NCBI RefSeq assembly: GCF_009914755.1 | Contig: NC_060930.1 | DNA from: the human T2T-CHM13v2.0 reference genome, Homo sapiens | Direction: 5' to 3' (one strand) | Length of the DNA: 64,000 bases | Part shown: one piece after another, positions 42,118 through 56,710 of the stretch | Numbering within the stretch: the first letter of the stretch is position 1 | How the letters are laid out: the number at the start of each line of letters is the position of its first letter | Made by a program: the position numbers and the translations under genes | Notes under the pieces: generated by a model | Told to the model about the DNA's origin: nothing | Seen by the model: the letters and a program-made list of their open reading frames with translations, nothing else | Databases searched by the model: none

Positions 42118-43513
42118 GGTATTCATTTTTTTTTTTAACTAGACCCTTCACTGTTCCCCATTTATAATCACCATATGAGTATGTTTGGTTGATGTTGACA
42201 GAGTCAGACTGTCTAAGTCCTCTTATTTTAATCATTTTGGGTTTCTAAATACAGGACCAAAGCCAGAGGTATAGCAGATGACCTTGATATGGCTAGGATG
42301 CACAGATCCATTTGACTGATACATCATCTCAATCACAAATGCTACTGGTTTGGGTTTATAATTTTAAAGAATAGCTATACATATAGATGCTATTTTTTAG
42401 TTCTTGTTCATATAACTTTAATTTTTTCACAAAGAGACTCACCTTCACTGCAATTTATTTCAAATAAAGTTTATTCCTCATTATTTATTATCCATTTGGG
42501 AACTATACAAACCATTAATTCATTAACCTCTTTCTGTTGCATGCATTTCATCTATTTATCATCATTTGCAGCAAAAAAGCAACAAGTGAAAAAAAAGGAA
42601 GTACAATTCTATCTTTATACTTGCTGACAAAAGTTTGTGTATGATTGAACAGGGAAGAGGCAAACTACTGACTGACATGAAACTTGGCAGTTCCCTATAT
42701 ATCCAGTATCCACACCAATCCTGGAAGTTTAGAGAATCAGATATTAGAGGATCCAATAGCTTAAATCCTGTCAGCTCACAGCATCTTTTCTACCTCACTA
42801 TTATAACCCGACATCAAACATTTGCTATGCACCCACCTCCTGCAATGAGTTGGTACGATGGATGACAATTATCAGGGGCTGAGGTCTAGCATAATGCCCA
42901 GGAACTTCCCTAGCATTAAAATTGTTTTTGCTGACCAAAGTGTTCCCTGGTTTTCTAAGAATATGCTTTCAAACCTTCAGGGTCTTATAATATCTAAAGC
43001 TTGTGGTTATCTAACTAGTTGCCAGAACCCATCCTGAAAAATCCCCAAAGCAAGTCATCAAGCTGTCCTTGCATTTTGTTTGAACCATCTAATTTATTAA
43101 CGACTTAATGTTGGAATGCAATGACTCCATTAGGTGTTCTCTGCCTCATCTCAACCAACAACAAGGTGCGGTGGAAAGTGCACTAGACCAGATATCAAAT
43201 ATGCTGGTTTCAAGATTGTTCTGCCAGTATTCAGCTGCATCACCCTTCTGGCCTGTTTTCTCCATCAGTAAAATGAAAGGGTAGTGTCTCAGATTCTTAG
43301 AAAGGGTGCCAAACATCCTCTGATTTTTTTTCTTCTTTATTCTTTTGCTTCTAAATCACAAAGACTAATCTGAAGGAATCATACGTTTTGATTTATAGTT
43401 GCAGCAATGGATAAAATTATCATGAATTTGAGTATTAGTCTTCATATGTTAAGATCTGGAAGGTAGAGAGTTTGTACTACTTTTCTACTAGATTTTCTAC
43501 TCACTGGAAAACA

Positions 43514-44329
43514 TTTGCCATATGCTGTCTTCCCTGGGTTTTATGCCTGAGAGCAACATGTTGTGCCAGGCTAAAGTGTTTTAGGACGTTTTGTTCTAGG
43601 AAGGACTAAAACAGAGCATGGGTTGTTCTGGCAAGTTCTTTGCCATATGCAAGAGGTCAACTGAAAAGATGACAGCCTGATGGGAAGAGGTGAGGACTGA
43701 CAGCCCCTCCGAGTCAAGACTACAAAAAAAACAGAAACATTTTCTCAGCCAGTGATGGGAAAATGATAAAGGAGAATTTCCATGTAAGAAGCTGGAGCAC
43801 AAAAGAAAAAAACAAGGTCCCCAAAGAGGAAGAAGCTAGCAGGCCAGCAAGGAAGCCAGGGGCTAAAGGTTATAGTACATTTTTTTCTGCCTCCCAGGGC
43901 CGTTGTGAAGATCCAGGGAGATAATATTTGTTAAAGAGCATGGCTTAGTGCCCATCCTCTGGCTGGCAGTCCAAAAATGTTTATTCACCTGCTCTTCTTT
44001 CCTATTCTTAGCAACTGGATGTGGCAGCTGTTAATTCCCCACCACAATTCTCTTTCCACCGTCTCCTCTTTTCTTTGTAACCCATTAGGGAGAGGTCTCA
44101 GTGGAAAGGAAGGCTGGACAAAGATGCCTTCCACCAGCCTGTGATGGAGGGCAAAGACCAGGTCTCTTTTGCTGACTATAATATCACCAGGGGCCAGAAT
44201 TGTGTTTGGCACATGGTAGGTGCTTGACAGAAAGCAGTCTTTTCTGGGTTTTATACCTGAAAGCAACATGTTGTGGTGGGCTAAAGTGTTTTAGGACATC
44301 TTGCACCTGGGTTGTTCTGGCAAGTTCTT
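43514..44329 (+). repeat. Dispersed local duplication (copies 43527-43640 and 44237-44329)
   Basis: 54/61 identity in block 1 and 22/22 in block 2; copy 1 is flanked by TTTGCCATATGC x2. Confidence 0.9.
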
Positions 44330-45330
44330 CCTTATCTCAGGATGTTGCATTACCAGCATATGCTGGGGTTATTCTTGAGAAATACAAGTGAGAAAGGCAG
44401 AAGAACTGAGTTAGCCCAAGGCCACCCAGAGAACTGTCCTGTACACATGTGCATGGATGATGCATCCAGAGAGTGTGCTGAAGGCTGAGTCACCTCCACC
44501 CCCAACACCAACAGGGAGGATAATGAGTCAACAGGATTACCTCTTCTCAGCCCTTCTAACTTACAGCTGGAGGGCTTGGGACAAGAGACAGCATGATAGT
44601 ATTAGGGAGAATGAGTTTAGCATAAATTTCAGCAAGTCTAGAATCTTACAATTGGGCACTGTTTGGGATTATCTATGCTTCTCAACCCTTGCATCAGAAT
44701 TCATTCTTTATTGTTGGTTACATATGTCACTTTTACTGTAGTAACCATAAAATCCACCAAAGAAGACAATTAAGGTTCTACATAGAAGGGAGTTGTAACA
44801 TCTTTGGTTAACTCGGCAATTACCTTATTACTTTGGTCTCCTCTTTAATTATTTCTCCCTTCTCATTATGTTTTTTTCCTCAGAGAATACAAAAGAAGAT
44901 TAAAAATGAGTTACAGACACCTGGGGGCCCAGAAGAACTGGACTTTTCAGTTAAAAAATGTAAAATCTCTGAGTTATTGGGAAGAAAATCTGTAATTACA
45001 ATACAGTCTTTTGTCACAACCAAATACAACACTGTTCAAATTTGTTCTTTCAGCACCCTAGTCTCTAAGCTTCTTTTCATCAATATTTTAGTAACTCATC
45101 AACTGTAAATTGTACCTAGTCAAGATTCTGATTAGTGCTTGGTTGCTCAAGAAATCTCCAGCATTGCTCTCTCTTCTACAAAAGGGTAAAATCACTTTAA
45201 ATGGTCAAGGAACCTGCTTTCCATGTTTGAAAAACATAATTTTCACGCTGTATATTTTGAATATTTGCCATCCTAACTATATCTTTGAGATTCCAGTGGC
45301 TTTAATGTGGCTCTGTTTGGTCAATTGCAG

Positions 45331-45423
45331 GACACGGTCATGAAAGCAAATTTGCACAAGGTGAAACAGCAGTTTATGACTACCCAAGATGCCTCTAAAG
45401 ATGGTCGCATTCGGATGAAAGAG
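45331..45423 (+). CDS. SCGN: Secretagogin exon 3 (aa 52-82)
   Basis: TTGCAG acceptor; DTVMKANLHKVKQQFMTTQDASKDGRIRMKE; donor GTAACT; 93 nt; EF-hand 2 loop. Confidence 0.97.
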
Positions 45424-48400
45424 GTAACTTTACTGACAGTATTTTTCATGGCTCTACTCTTCTTGACTGTTTTTTTCTTTACTTTATCGTCTTGGGCTGT
45501 AATATTCTTTGAAAGACAATGGAAACTTTACATTTGATCAGGAAATTAGAGATTTCTGAAAGGCAGTTGGCCTAGATAGCATTTTAAAAGTAATCACCTC
45601 TCCTTTTTCATCTACTTAGTAACAAAGAGTGTGCAATTCTTTTATCATTTTATTTAGGTCAATCAATATTTGTACCTGTTTTATAATTTGGGAATTGAAA
45701 TGATAGAGGCCTTTCAATTACTTGATCTACTATTTGTCTCTTTATACAGTGTCCTGTTCAAATTGAACATTGATATAAGGAAAAACTTACTGATAATAAA
45801 TAAGGTTAAACTTCAGCATCAGCTCCCAGTGCAGGTGGGAAAGATCTATCCCTAAGATTATTAAAAGCACGACAGACAATAGGTGTCTTTACTTCAACTC
45901 AACCCACTTTTATGGAGCACATACTAAAGCATGTAACTATACTACATGTGTAGGGCTGTGGGGATGGTCTACAACTTACCTGATCATTTCTCCTTCCAGT
46001 TACAAAAATGTTTACAGTTTAGAAAGGACTTCCACATATATTTTGTTATTGTATTCCCATAGTAGTTAAGATGATGATAGGCATGAAACATTATCCCTAT
46101 TTTGCTGATAAGGACTTGAGTTACTTTCCTAGAATAACATGACCAAATAAGTGGTAATGGTTTTAATGGAACCCTGCTTATAGATATGAATCTATACAGG
46201 TTCATACTATGTAGCTATAAATCTGTATGTGAAAATGAGTCAATCTGAAACTAAGATATTTTTTCATAGTCAAAATTGCCTGTTAGACATATTACCTAAC
46301 ACTGGGAGAGCTAGTCTCTTGATGCTGTGACACTGCCATATTTGAGCAGTCAATATTATTGAAGAAAATAATAGGATAATTTCTTCAGGAAGTTATGTTA
46401 ATAGGGCAGGATAATGTCCCTTTATAAAAAGTGGGCGTGTTCACCAGGAGACTGCCTTTTCAGAAAACTAATAAACTAAACTCTAGATTTATGAGTGTAG
46501 CTGTTTCCAAACTTTTAATCAAAGGCAAAATTGTATATGTAACCAAAAATTCTCATTATACTGGATGTAAAAGTATCAATGTATGTATCAACAGAACAGT
46601 AAATGCAAACAGCAAGTTAGGTGCACTAAACAAAATATTCATAACTACATGTTCACTGTTGTAATTTTCCAGAACCTGGAACAGAGCATAGCACATAGTA
46701 GTGCTCAGTATTTCTTGACCTAATTAACGAATGAGAAAAACATAGCAAATAACTGAAAACTATGTCATTATCTTACTAACAACAGATAGACATTCCCAAG
46801 TAATTGGCCAACCATTTTGTCTTGTAATCCTGCACGTGAGTGTCATTGAGGTTGTTGTTTGTACAAAAACTGATGGTGCAAGACTGCATCGTTCCCAAGG
46901 CGCCTTAAAATGCAATGAGTCTGTGAGTCTAAGGAGCAGCAAGGCCTTTTGTTTCCCCTACATTCCCTTGCTGTACCATTGACCATTTCACTTACTCCAA
47001 TTACAGGTAGTCGTGACATAAAAATCAGCCCACTTTGACTCATGTTGGATTTTCTAGCAAAAAACAAGATGGGAAAAAGGCCACCCTTAGTCTCAAAGGG
47101 CAGTTCCCAGTTCCAGTTGACCCTGTGTAGGTTGATGGGAAAAGCATGAAGTCAATATGGTGGAATATGAAACCTTAGGCAAGTTACTTAATTTCTCTGA
47201 GCTCAATTTTATCATCTTTACCAACATGGCAGTTATCATTTGTTGACTAATTGATATGTATGAGGTATGTTCCTAAACAATTTATAAATACTGGCTCATC
47301 TTACTTTTAGTCTTCCCATCAGGACCAGGATATCAATATTATTATCTCCATTTTCCAAATGAGGAAACTGAGGCACAGATATATTAACTAAATTACCTAA
47401 GATCAAATACTTAGTAAGTAATGGAGAAGAAATTTAATTTCACTCTAAAGCCTATAACACATTGAACTGCACTGCCTCCCATTGATAAAAAGGGGATATT
47501 TATACTCATCCTGAAAAACTGGTGTGAGGACTTAATGAGATGATAAATCAAAAGCACCTTGCTGGTACCTGCCATGTAGCAGGCACTCAACATCTGATAG
47601 TTATTGTTAACATGGTGTGTCCTTGAGCTGACCCATATCCAATTAGAAAATATGAATGAGAATGTGAGCTAATTACACCTAAATCCCTTCTGGAGCATTT
47701 GCTGTGGACTCACTCTGTGGTATTGTACAAGACACTGAGCAAACTACTCAGTTATAGAAGAAATGACAATTGTTTATGGGAACAGCTCAGAAAGAAGACA
47801 ACATACACTACAATACTCTAGGTTTGGCAATGAACACAGCCAAACCTGAAAAAAAGTATTATAACTACATAGGGGAATAAGGTATTATTATAACTTTGTT
47901 CAAGGGAGTGCATGAAGTAAATCAGTCAAACTGGTGCTCATGTAAAAAAGCTGATTGGTTGAATTCATCATACTTGAGTCAACTGTTGTAGTATCTTATA
48001 GACACTAATAATGTAAAAGAATATAAACCATAGCTAACACTCAAGTATCAAGCCAGGCAGCAGTCATTCCTGCTTTTGCACTGAAATATTGTATGTATAC
48101 AACATCTTACCAGCAAACCACAGTGATTAAAAGTGTGGGCTTGAGATCGCCAAGCTGAAATATTGACTTCATCACACACTAATTACAAAACTTTGGCAAG
48201 TTCCTTATCTCTGTATAGACCAGTTTCCTCAACTAGAAAATAACAGTAATGGTATGTGTGTACCCTATAGATTGTCATTAGGATTAAATGAATTAGCATA
48301 CACAAGCATTTAGAATAATGCATGGCAAACATAAGCATTATTTGCTATTTTTATTTTCTGTTATTATGGAATTAAATTAATTTAGTATTGGAAGTTCTTA

Positions 48401-48721
48401 GAATAGTGCCTGGAACATATCAAGCACTTAACAAATTTATTGTTGATATTAATGTTATAGTCATCATTATTTTAGATTTTAAGCTCATTGAAGGCAGATA
48501 TCCATAGTGATTTATACTTAGTAGGAGTGTGATACTTTCTGAAAGAATCAATGAATCAAAGAATGTCAATCAAGAGCACAGAACTGCAAACTGAGCTGTT
48601 CATCCTGGAAGATCTGAGCCCTTCTGCCCTGGAATATGCACCACCATGCCTTTTACCAGGGAGCACTCTTGAAATGGACACTGGCCAGTGTCCCTGACTG
48701 TTATTCTTTCTGTTCCTTCAG

Positions 48722-48811
48722 CTTGCTGGTATGTTCTTATCTGAGGATGAAAACTTTCTTCTGCTCTTTCGCCGGGAAAACCCACTGGACAGCAGCGTGG
48801 AGTTTATGCAG
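48722..48811 (+). CDS. SCGN: Secretagogin exon 4 (aa 83-112)
   Basis: CCTTCAG acceptor; LAGMFLSEDENFLLLFRRENPLDSSVEFMQ (calbindin/calretinin-family ENFLLLFR linker); donor GTGAGT; 90 nt. Confidence 0.97.
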
Positions 48812-49832
48812 GTGAGTGCTTGGTTGTGTCTCTGTGAAGAAAGAGGACTGAGACAAGGCTACGATCTTAGCCACCTGCTGTGGCTGCCACCACTCCTGCC
48901 CAGTGCTCAAGGGAGAGCTGAGCACAGAGGATAAGACCAAGCAAAAAATGCCTTAGTGATGAGGACTTTGGTCCCAAACCCCAGTGTTCGCTCAGTATTG
49001 TCCTGGGGTGCTCCTGAGCTGACAGGCTCCTTTAATTTGGGCTGGAGGAAACTTTAGACAAGAGGCCAGGCAGGTACACTGAAGAATGGAGAGGGAGGGG
49101 AGGTGGGGGACTATGGAAATTGGAGAGCATGTGCCCCATCTGAAGCCAATATCCCTATGTAGCTTCAGCCTTTTGAGAATGCTATCTAGGAATCTAGACT
49201 CTAGAAAATAGCAGCAACTAATTTTAGTTTTGAAGGCATGATGATACAGTCAAAACAATTCATTAGAGTGCTGGTCCAGCTAGTGGGCCTTCTGTTTATA
49301 ACCATGGGAGAGTAAAAGTTAAAGGCGGTATCAATGGCCTCTCTTACCGCTTTCCCTCTGGGCTACCCCCTCGCTCAGCCTCTCAGTGTTACTGCTCTGT
49401 TGGTGAAAAACAACCAGGGAAGGGCAGATAAGGGTTTCCCCAAGGCCAGAGCAGCAGATTCAAGACAGCCACTGTATCCGGGACCCCACACTGGAAATAG
49501 TTACCATGTCCCCATTTAGGAGATAAAAAGTTTTGCATAGGCAATTCACAGAAGAAATTCTGAATGGACCATGAATTTATGCCAGTAACTCAGGAAATGC
49601 ACATTAAGAAAATGATTTTTTTTTAAGCAAAATGGCAAAGATTTTAAGAAAATCCACAAAAATATGCAATACTTTCAAGGAAGCCCAGAGATTGTCACTG
49701 ACGTTCTGTTGGTAGGCATACATTGTAGAATAATTTTATGGAAAGTAATTTTGGAAAAATTCAGTCAGGATCCTTTAAAATTTCATTATCCACAGTTATT
49801 TATTTATTTATTTATTTAAAAAACTTTGTCCT

Positions 49833-50143
49833 GGCTGGGTGTGGTGGCTCACGCCTATAATTCCAGCACTCTGGGAGTCTGAGGTGGGCGAGTCACCTGA
49901 GGTCAGGAGTTCAAAGGCAGCCTGGCCAACACTGTGAAACCCCATCTCTACTAAAAAAAAAAAAAAAAAAAATACAAAAACTAGCCGGGCATGGTGGTGG
50001 GCACCTGTAATCCCAGCTACTCGGGAGGCGTAGGGTGGAGAATCACTTGAACCCAGGAGGCGGAGTTGTAGTGAGCATAGATCGCACCATTGCACTCCAG
50101 CCTCAGTGACAAGAGGGAAACTCGGTCTCAAAAAAAAACAAAA
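49833..50143 (+). mobile_element. Alu SINE, AluS-like, expanded middle A-tract, within L1ME-like remnants
   Basis: Full-length dimer. Confidence 0.93.
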
Positions 50144-51834
50144 ATTCTACTTTTTCAGGCATCTATTTTATGGTTAAAATCAGATGTAGACAAAAGTTTT
50201 CTGTACAATGATGTTCATATAATGTTGCATCGTCACTTATAGTTCAAACTGAAAATAACATAAATGTCTAACAATAATGGAAAAGTTAGTTATGATATAT
50301 TCATATAATTCATTCATTCTACAAATTCTTAAGAGCACCCTAATATGCAAGGCACTGTTCTAGGTGCTGCAGATTCATTAGAGAAAAACTCCGGTATTGA
50401 ACATTATTAATCACTGAAGATCAAGTTTTCAAAAAATATTTAATGACATGAAGGAAATGCTATACAATGTTAAGAAACAAAATTGTATATGGAATTTGAT
50501 CTTAACTTTGTTTAAAAGTTGTTTACCCTAAAGCCTGAATAAATAAAATATAGGTAAGAATACACAAAAAATATTGGTTGTTTGTAAGTGGTAGGATTTC
50601 AGGTGATTTTATTCTTTGTACTTTTGTATTTTCCAATTCTGTATAAAGTCATAATTATTTAAAATTTATTTTAAATGACATTTTCAAAACGATTCTAATT
50701 GTGTTTAAAAACACTCAGATAACATTTTTAATAAAAATAACAAATAGACTGCCCAAGTGTATAGACAATATGACCCCCAATTCTGTTTTTTAGTGTATGT
50801 TGTAGAAACATGATAGAAATGAAACACACAGAAACAATAAGTAATTATCTCAGGATAGGAGTTTCTGGAGATTATACATTTTTTCTTTTTGTATTTCATT
50901 AATTTTGTACAGTGAACATGATATCAGAAAAAAAATCATGAATATAGAAAAATAGTATTAAAATGTTAGGCCTAGTGTAGTCTTGAAAGACCTTGAGAAG
51001 TGGGAAAATCACATGGCCCTATGGAGGCTTCTTATCTTATCTTTTTTTTAAATTCCACTTTTCCTGCCTTTGTAGTTTGTCAATTTTATCTGTAAAGAAG
51101 AGCTTTCCCTTTCTGTACCCAACTTTTAAAACTATCATTGTGAATTCTTGAATTTGTTTTTTAAAATTAACTGTCTTATATCCCATTACAGTCTACATAT
51201 TTGAAGAAATTCTAAGTTAATGTCTTTACTTTTCCCCTGAACCACAGGGTCTTAACACACTATAACTCTTACCCACCAGCTCATGTGCCATTATTGTCCA
51301 GAATATTAGTTCTATCTTGTTTTCTTTAACCCCACAAATTTTATGCAGTCAAGATTTGTTTCAATTTGCCCATGTGTCACCACATGTCATATTGCTACCA
51401 TTGTCTTTGTTCGCCATTCCTTTTTGTATGTCTTAGATTTCCTTCATCCTGTTCCTTCTTCTTCCTAGAGTATATCCTTTACCGAGAGTCTGCTGGTAAT
51501 AAACTCTGCTTCTGTTTGTCTGGAAATGTCTTTACTTTGTCTTTATTCTTTAAAGATAGGCTTATTGAATAGTCACATAAAAATCTTTGGCTCTCCAATG
51601 GCTCAGCTGTAGTAAAACTACACAATAATTTAAATGGAAATTGATTGGAGAATGGCACTTAAAAAGCATGCAAAAAATTTTTAAAATTATTTGAAATTCT
51701 CATAGTTTTGGCATATTCATACGATAAAAGATATAAATCACATGTAACTCACTGATTTTGTAACTGGACTAAATTCAGACATAAATGACAGGTTCTGGAA
51801 GGAGTGATGTTTCTGAATTGTTGTTACTAAATAT

Positions 51835-51868
51835 CAGCATCAGTGTCAACACAGCATCAGTATCAACA
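51835..51868 (+). repeat. 17-bp tandem duplication
   Basis: CAGCATCAGTGTCAACA / CAGCATCAGTATCAACA. Confidence 0.85.
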
Positions 51869-52602
51869 CCTCCTACTATTCCTGCAGAGTCTGAGCTCAG
51901 GACGCTGATTGTGGTTAATAATTAAGGTCCTTGCAATTGGTAACACAGAACACAGTCATCCCATTTAGGATCTAAGAAAAATCTGTCAGTGAAAAAAAAA
52001 AAAACTTACTGTAACCTTTCATTTTGTACAAGAGTTAATGAGCTTGCCAATTGATGTGAGGCTTGTCCATGGAATAATCAGAGGTGGGGAGAGTAAGAGC
52101 ATTTATTAAATAAAACAGTTCAGTGCTTTCTTCAAAGAGTGTCAGCTGTTCTGTGTTCTGGTTCGTAACTGCTTCTTCAGCTGGATGAATGCTGGCCTCA
52201 CACTAATAAGAGGAGTAGCTTATAACTGGGAATTAGAGTTATTTTATCCCCTCCATCAGAGACAAGACCACACAGGCAAGATTTCTTAGAGGACTTTTCT
52301 GCAGTGTAATTTTTTAAAGTTCATCTTTCATTCAGATTTTAGTTTTGAAGTTTTAGTTTAAAGCAGGCACCTCAATCTAATTTTCCACCTGTGTGGGTCC
52401 CATGATTTATTCCCTGTCTACCACATGTGCAGTTTTCTCATAAAACTGCAGGCTTTGTTGCCAGGGACAGGCAGACATACTTGGGACAGGCTTTGGTTTC
52501 AGTCCTACATTACCACTCTGAGTTTATGCTTTCCCATCATGTCGGGTCTCTTAGAAGTCCTTTCACTTTCTTGCGATCTATGCTATGTAATTAAAAGTTA
52601 TT

Positions 52603-52933
<331 letters not shown>

Positions 52934-53284
52934 TTAGTACTGAGGAGGCTTCTTAGTTTGTCATATTGCCCCAAATTGAAGTTCATCCCTTTTTATATTT
53001 CCATTCTGAGCTTTCCAAAAGGACACTTTTGATGAAAGCCCACTCAATGGGCTTTCACTGAAACCATTGTGGCCCTCCTTAAGTGGCTCCAAGTGAATGC
53101 AGTGATCCATTTCTGGTGGATTGTGCCCAAAATTGCTCTCACCAAAGAAAGCCTAAAGTTTCCATCAAAAGTGGAATTTCCATTCAGTTAAGTACTGTTT
53201 TCAGATGCTGAACTGTAGTAGATACCACATAATTATTCCAAGTTATCTGAGGATAAATTAATTAGTGACTTTTGTGTATTTCAG

Positions 53285-53341
53285 ATTTGGCGCAAATATG
53301 ACGCTGACAGCAGTGGCTTTATATCAGCTGCTGAGCTCCGC
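53285..53341 (+). CDS. SCGN: Secretagogin exon 5 (aa 113-131)
   Basis: TTTCAG acceptor; IWRKYDADSSGFISAAELR (EF-hand 3 loop); donor GTGAGT; 57 nt. Confidence 0.97.
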
Positions 53342-53772
53342 GTGAGTGTCACTGGGTGAAGGGTGGGTTTGTTTATCATTGGGAATTTGATATGTGTGTA
53401 TCATGAGTTTGATTTCTGTGGGCCCAAGAAAGATGTATTTGAATATGTGACTCAAAAAATACATACATATGTACATATATGTATATATTTTCATTTTTAA
53501 AAGGTTTAGAAAGTGCAAGTCACATTGCTCTCTCTGGAAAAGAAGCATAATTGAGCATTTATGATAACTTTTTCACGCTGGAGCTATTCCCTGGGTCCCG
53601 TGAGCTCCCTATAAACAGTGACAGCCCTCCATTCTTGGATTTATTGCTTGCTAAAAGCATTTTATTTCCTCCTGGAAACAAGCAACTCACAATTCTTGAA
53701 ATAAGGCCTTTTAAGACCTTTGCAGTTTATTTGCTCACTATATAAAGTATGATTCTTCTCTTGGCGCCACAG

Positions 53773-53850
53773 AACTTCCTCCGAGACCTCTTTCTTCACC
53801 ACAAAAAGGCCATTTCTGAGGCTAAACTGGAAGAATACACTGGCACCATG
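53773..53850 (+). CDS. SCGN: Secretagogin exon 6 (aa 132-157)
   Basis: CACAG acceptor; NFLRDLFLHHKKAISEAKLEEYTGTM; donor GTAAGT; 78 nt. Later exons are not in the window. Confidence 0.96.
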
Positions 53851-55984
53851 GTAAGTAATGAGTAATGTAATCTCCATGAGGGCAGCTCCCCCACTCCCTC
53901 CCCAGACCCCAGAAACAGTGTCTGCTAGAGAGTTCGTCCTTGAGAAATTGAAGACTAAATGAATGCAAGAGGAAACCTCAACTCTGAAAAATACTGGCTA
54001 AAACTGAACTGTTTTAGCCTCTCTCTTGTGACCAGGTTGCATCTATTTGAGAGAGAAAGCTGTTCACCAGTCTGTGGGGAAACCTGAAAAGTTCAGTCAA
54101 CATTAGGTTTCTAAGCATCAGGCCAATAACCTCAATGTTAATTGAAGTCACATGGAAACAAGTAAACATGGACTTAGACAATCAGGACCAAACAGATGGA
54201 AGCTGCCTCTCACCACAGTGGATGATTCTCCTCATTTAGCATGTTGATTTAGTGCAGTTGGAGAGTCAGATAGATGAAGGATGCATGTCCTACCTCTGCC
54301 ACTTACTAGCTATGATGTAAGAAAACTGTCAAGCCTCTCAACTTTATTTACTTCTCCTATAAAATGGGGACGAATAACACCTAATTCCTGTGAGGGAAAA
54401 TGTGTTAATGCATATGAAGCACTTGCATACTGTCCAGAATATAATGAGTTAGCTCTTATTGCAGTAGTTGTCATTATTTCCTGTTCCCCTCATGTCATCC
54501 TTGTTCCAAGTGACCTTGAGACTATTTTTGTGTCAAGCTCCATGGAGAGTAGTAAAGTAGGGAGCTGCCTTTGGCGAACTCATCCTCATGTTCTGTTTCA
54601 ACACCTAACTCGATGCATTTCTCCCAGTACTTATCAATGATTTGTATTGAACTGCATCTGGCTCCTCTGTCTTTTCTCCTCCCCTATTCCTTTCTCATCC
54701 CTACGTGAGTGCTTCATTCCTATCAAAATCTTCAGGTTTCTTAATTAGTAAGCAAGGAAATTTGCTGACAAAGCCTTAATTACTTGTAGGATTGTTATAT
54801 TTATTATATAAAGAGTTATTGAGCAGAATCACCTCATTGAGCCTTATGGTGAAGTCAGGGATACATATTACTGAGAAGAGTTTGTTAAAATGTGTACCAC
54901 CAGGTTGACATATTTAGGCTTTTAATTGGTGTTTCCAAATACTATATTATGTCTAACAACTTCTCTACAGTGTTGCTATTGTTCACGCAATTTTATGTAT
55001 CTGATGACTAAGGCTTAGAAAGGGTAAGTGACTAAGTCACCACCAGGTTGCGTTCTTAAGCTCATTTTAAAGATCAGATAACTAAGAAAAAGCGTTCCAT
55101 AGCTAAAAGCATCTGTTAAGCTGGAAGCTAAGCTCCCCTGGTTTTCAGCCCTGGAGACTTCTCTGCTTTCCCTCTGTACTCTGCTCTGAATGTGCCCCCA
55201 GTCAAGTGAGTCTCCGCTGGGAAGAAGGCAAGTGCTCTTGACCCTGGTAACTTGTAATTGGCCTAGACAGGAGAAAACAAATGCCAAGGAGAGAATCAAA
55301 TCTCAGGACAGGATCTCAATTAAGGAAATTATTCAGCTTCTTACGGTGTTGATTTGTTTTAATAGCATGCAAAATGGTGTTGGAAATCCTGAGTAAATAT
55401 GTGCTCAGCACCAAAGGTCGAAGTGGGAAATCCCCCAGCAGTGGGAAGCAGTTTCCCAGCTACAGGAGGGTCTCTAGGTTCCTTTTGACCTAAGCTCCAG
55501 TGAAGCCCTCTAATAGAATGAGTACTATGAAAAAGAAAATTAGACAGAAACTGCCTGGGGTACAGAACAATAAGGAGGTGGTTTTTCTAGTTCAGCATAT
55601 TTTTAACATTGATTTAACAGAATGTTAGCACTGGCTGTTGTTATCTCGATTTTATTGACTTATAAAACATGACCTACTTAATGAATATATTTTCATGTAG
55701 AATCTCCAGCATGTTGCCAGTATTTGTTTGACTATCTTTGACTCTGAGGGGCTTGCCCCCACCTCCAGCTAACCATACTAAACCACTAAGGTTTTACTTC
55801 TTAATATAGCTCAGCTTCCCCCCTCACCAACTTTTTTCACCTGGTTCTTGCTCATCCTTCGATATTCAGTTAGATATCAACTTGCCCTAAAAAAAATCTT
55901 CTGTAGCCTTCCCTCCACGGTGAGCCCAGTACCCCTTCTCTGTGCCTGTGTAGTGCCTAGTGCATATCATTATCTTAGCCTCTT

Positions 55985-56710
55985 AATAATTTAATTTATT
56001 CCGCAAATATTCATTACATATCTACTATGCCCCAAGCATTATTCTAGTCACCAGGGATTCAACAGTGAGCAAAATAGACAAAGGGGAGACTGACAACAAA
56101 TAATAAATGTAATTAATAATGCATTATATTGCATAACAGAGGGTGATGAGTGTTATGGAAAAAATTAAAAAGTGGAGTTGGGCCAGGAATGGCAGTACTA
56201 GCAGGAGCATTTGGGGTAGGGGACTGGGAAGAAGGGGTACTTTTCAATAAGATGGTCAGGGTGGCCCCTCTGAGAAGGTGAGATGTGAGGAGGGACTGAG
56301 GGTACAGGAGGCACAAGGCCCCTAGTGCAAGAGCGCACTTGGGATTTTTAAGAACAGGGAGAAACCAGCATGGCTGGAGCAGAGCAAGAAAGGATGAGAC
56401 TAAACAGCAGCCAGACCATCACAGGATTTTTAGGCCATCGTGAGGACTTGGGGTTTTAGTGAGATGGAAAACGGCTAGAGGGCTATGATGCAGAGGATGT
56501 CAAGATTTGCCCCCTGGGTTGAGAAGAGTCCTCAATGGGCAAGTATGGAATCAGGAAGATCTGCTGAGAGGCCATTGTTGCCATCCAGGTGATGGAAGAT
56601 GGCAACTTGGACTCAGGTGAGGTGGCAGAAGAGGTGAGAACTAAATATATTTTGAAGATAGACTTGAGAAGATTTCCTGATGAATCAGGTGGGAGTCAAG
56701 GATGAGACTG
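55985..56710 (-). mobile_element. L2 LINE fragment
   Basis: ATTTATTCCGCAAATATTCATTACATATCTACTATGCCCCAAGCATTATTCTAG antisense L2 3' end, with the body following. Confidence 0.7.

Noticed and set aside
45307-45537. ORF-track proteins at 37155, 45307 and 48731 as stand-alone genes
   Set aside because: They are SCGN exons 2, 3 and 4 read through into intronic sequence.
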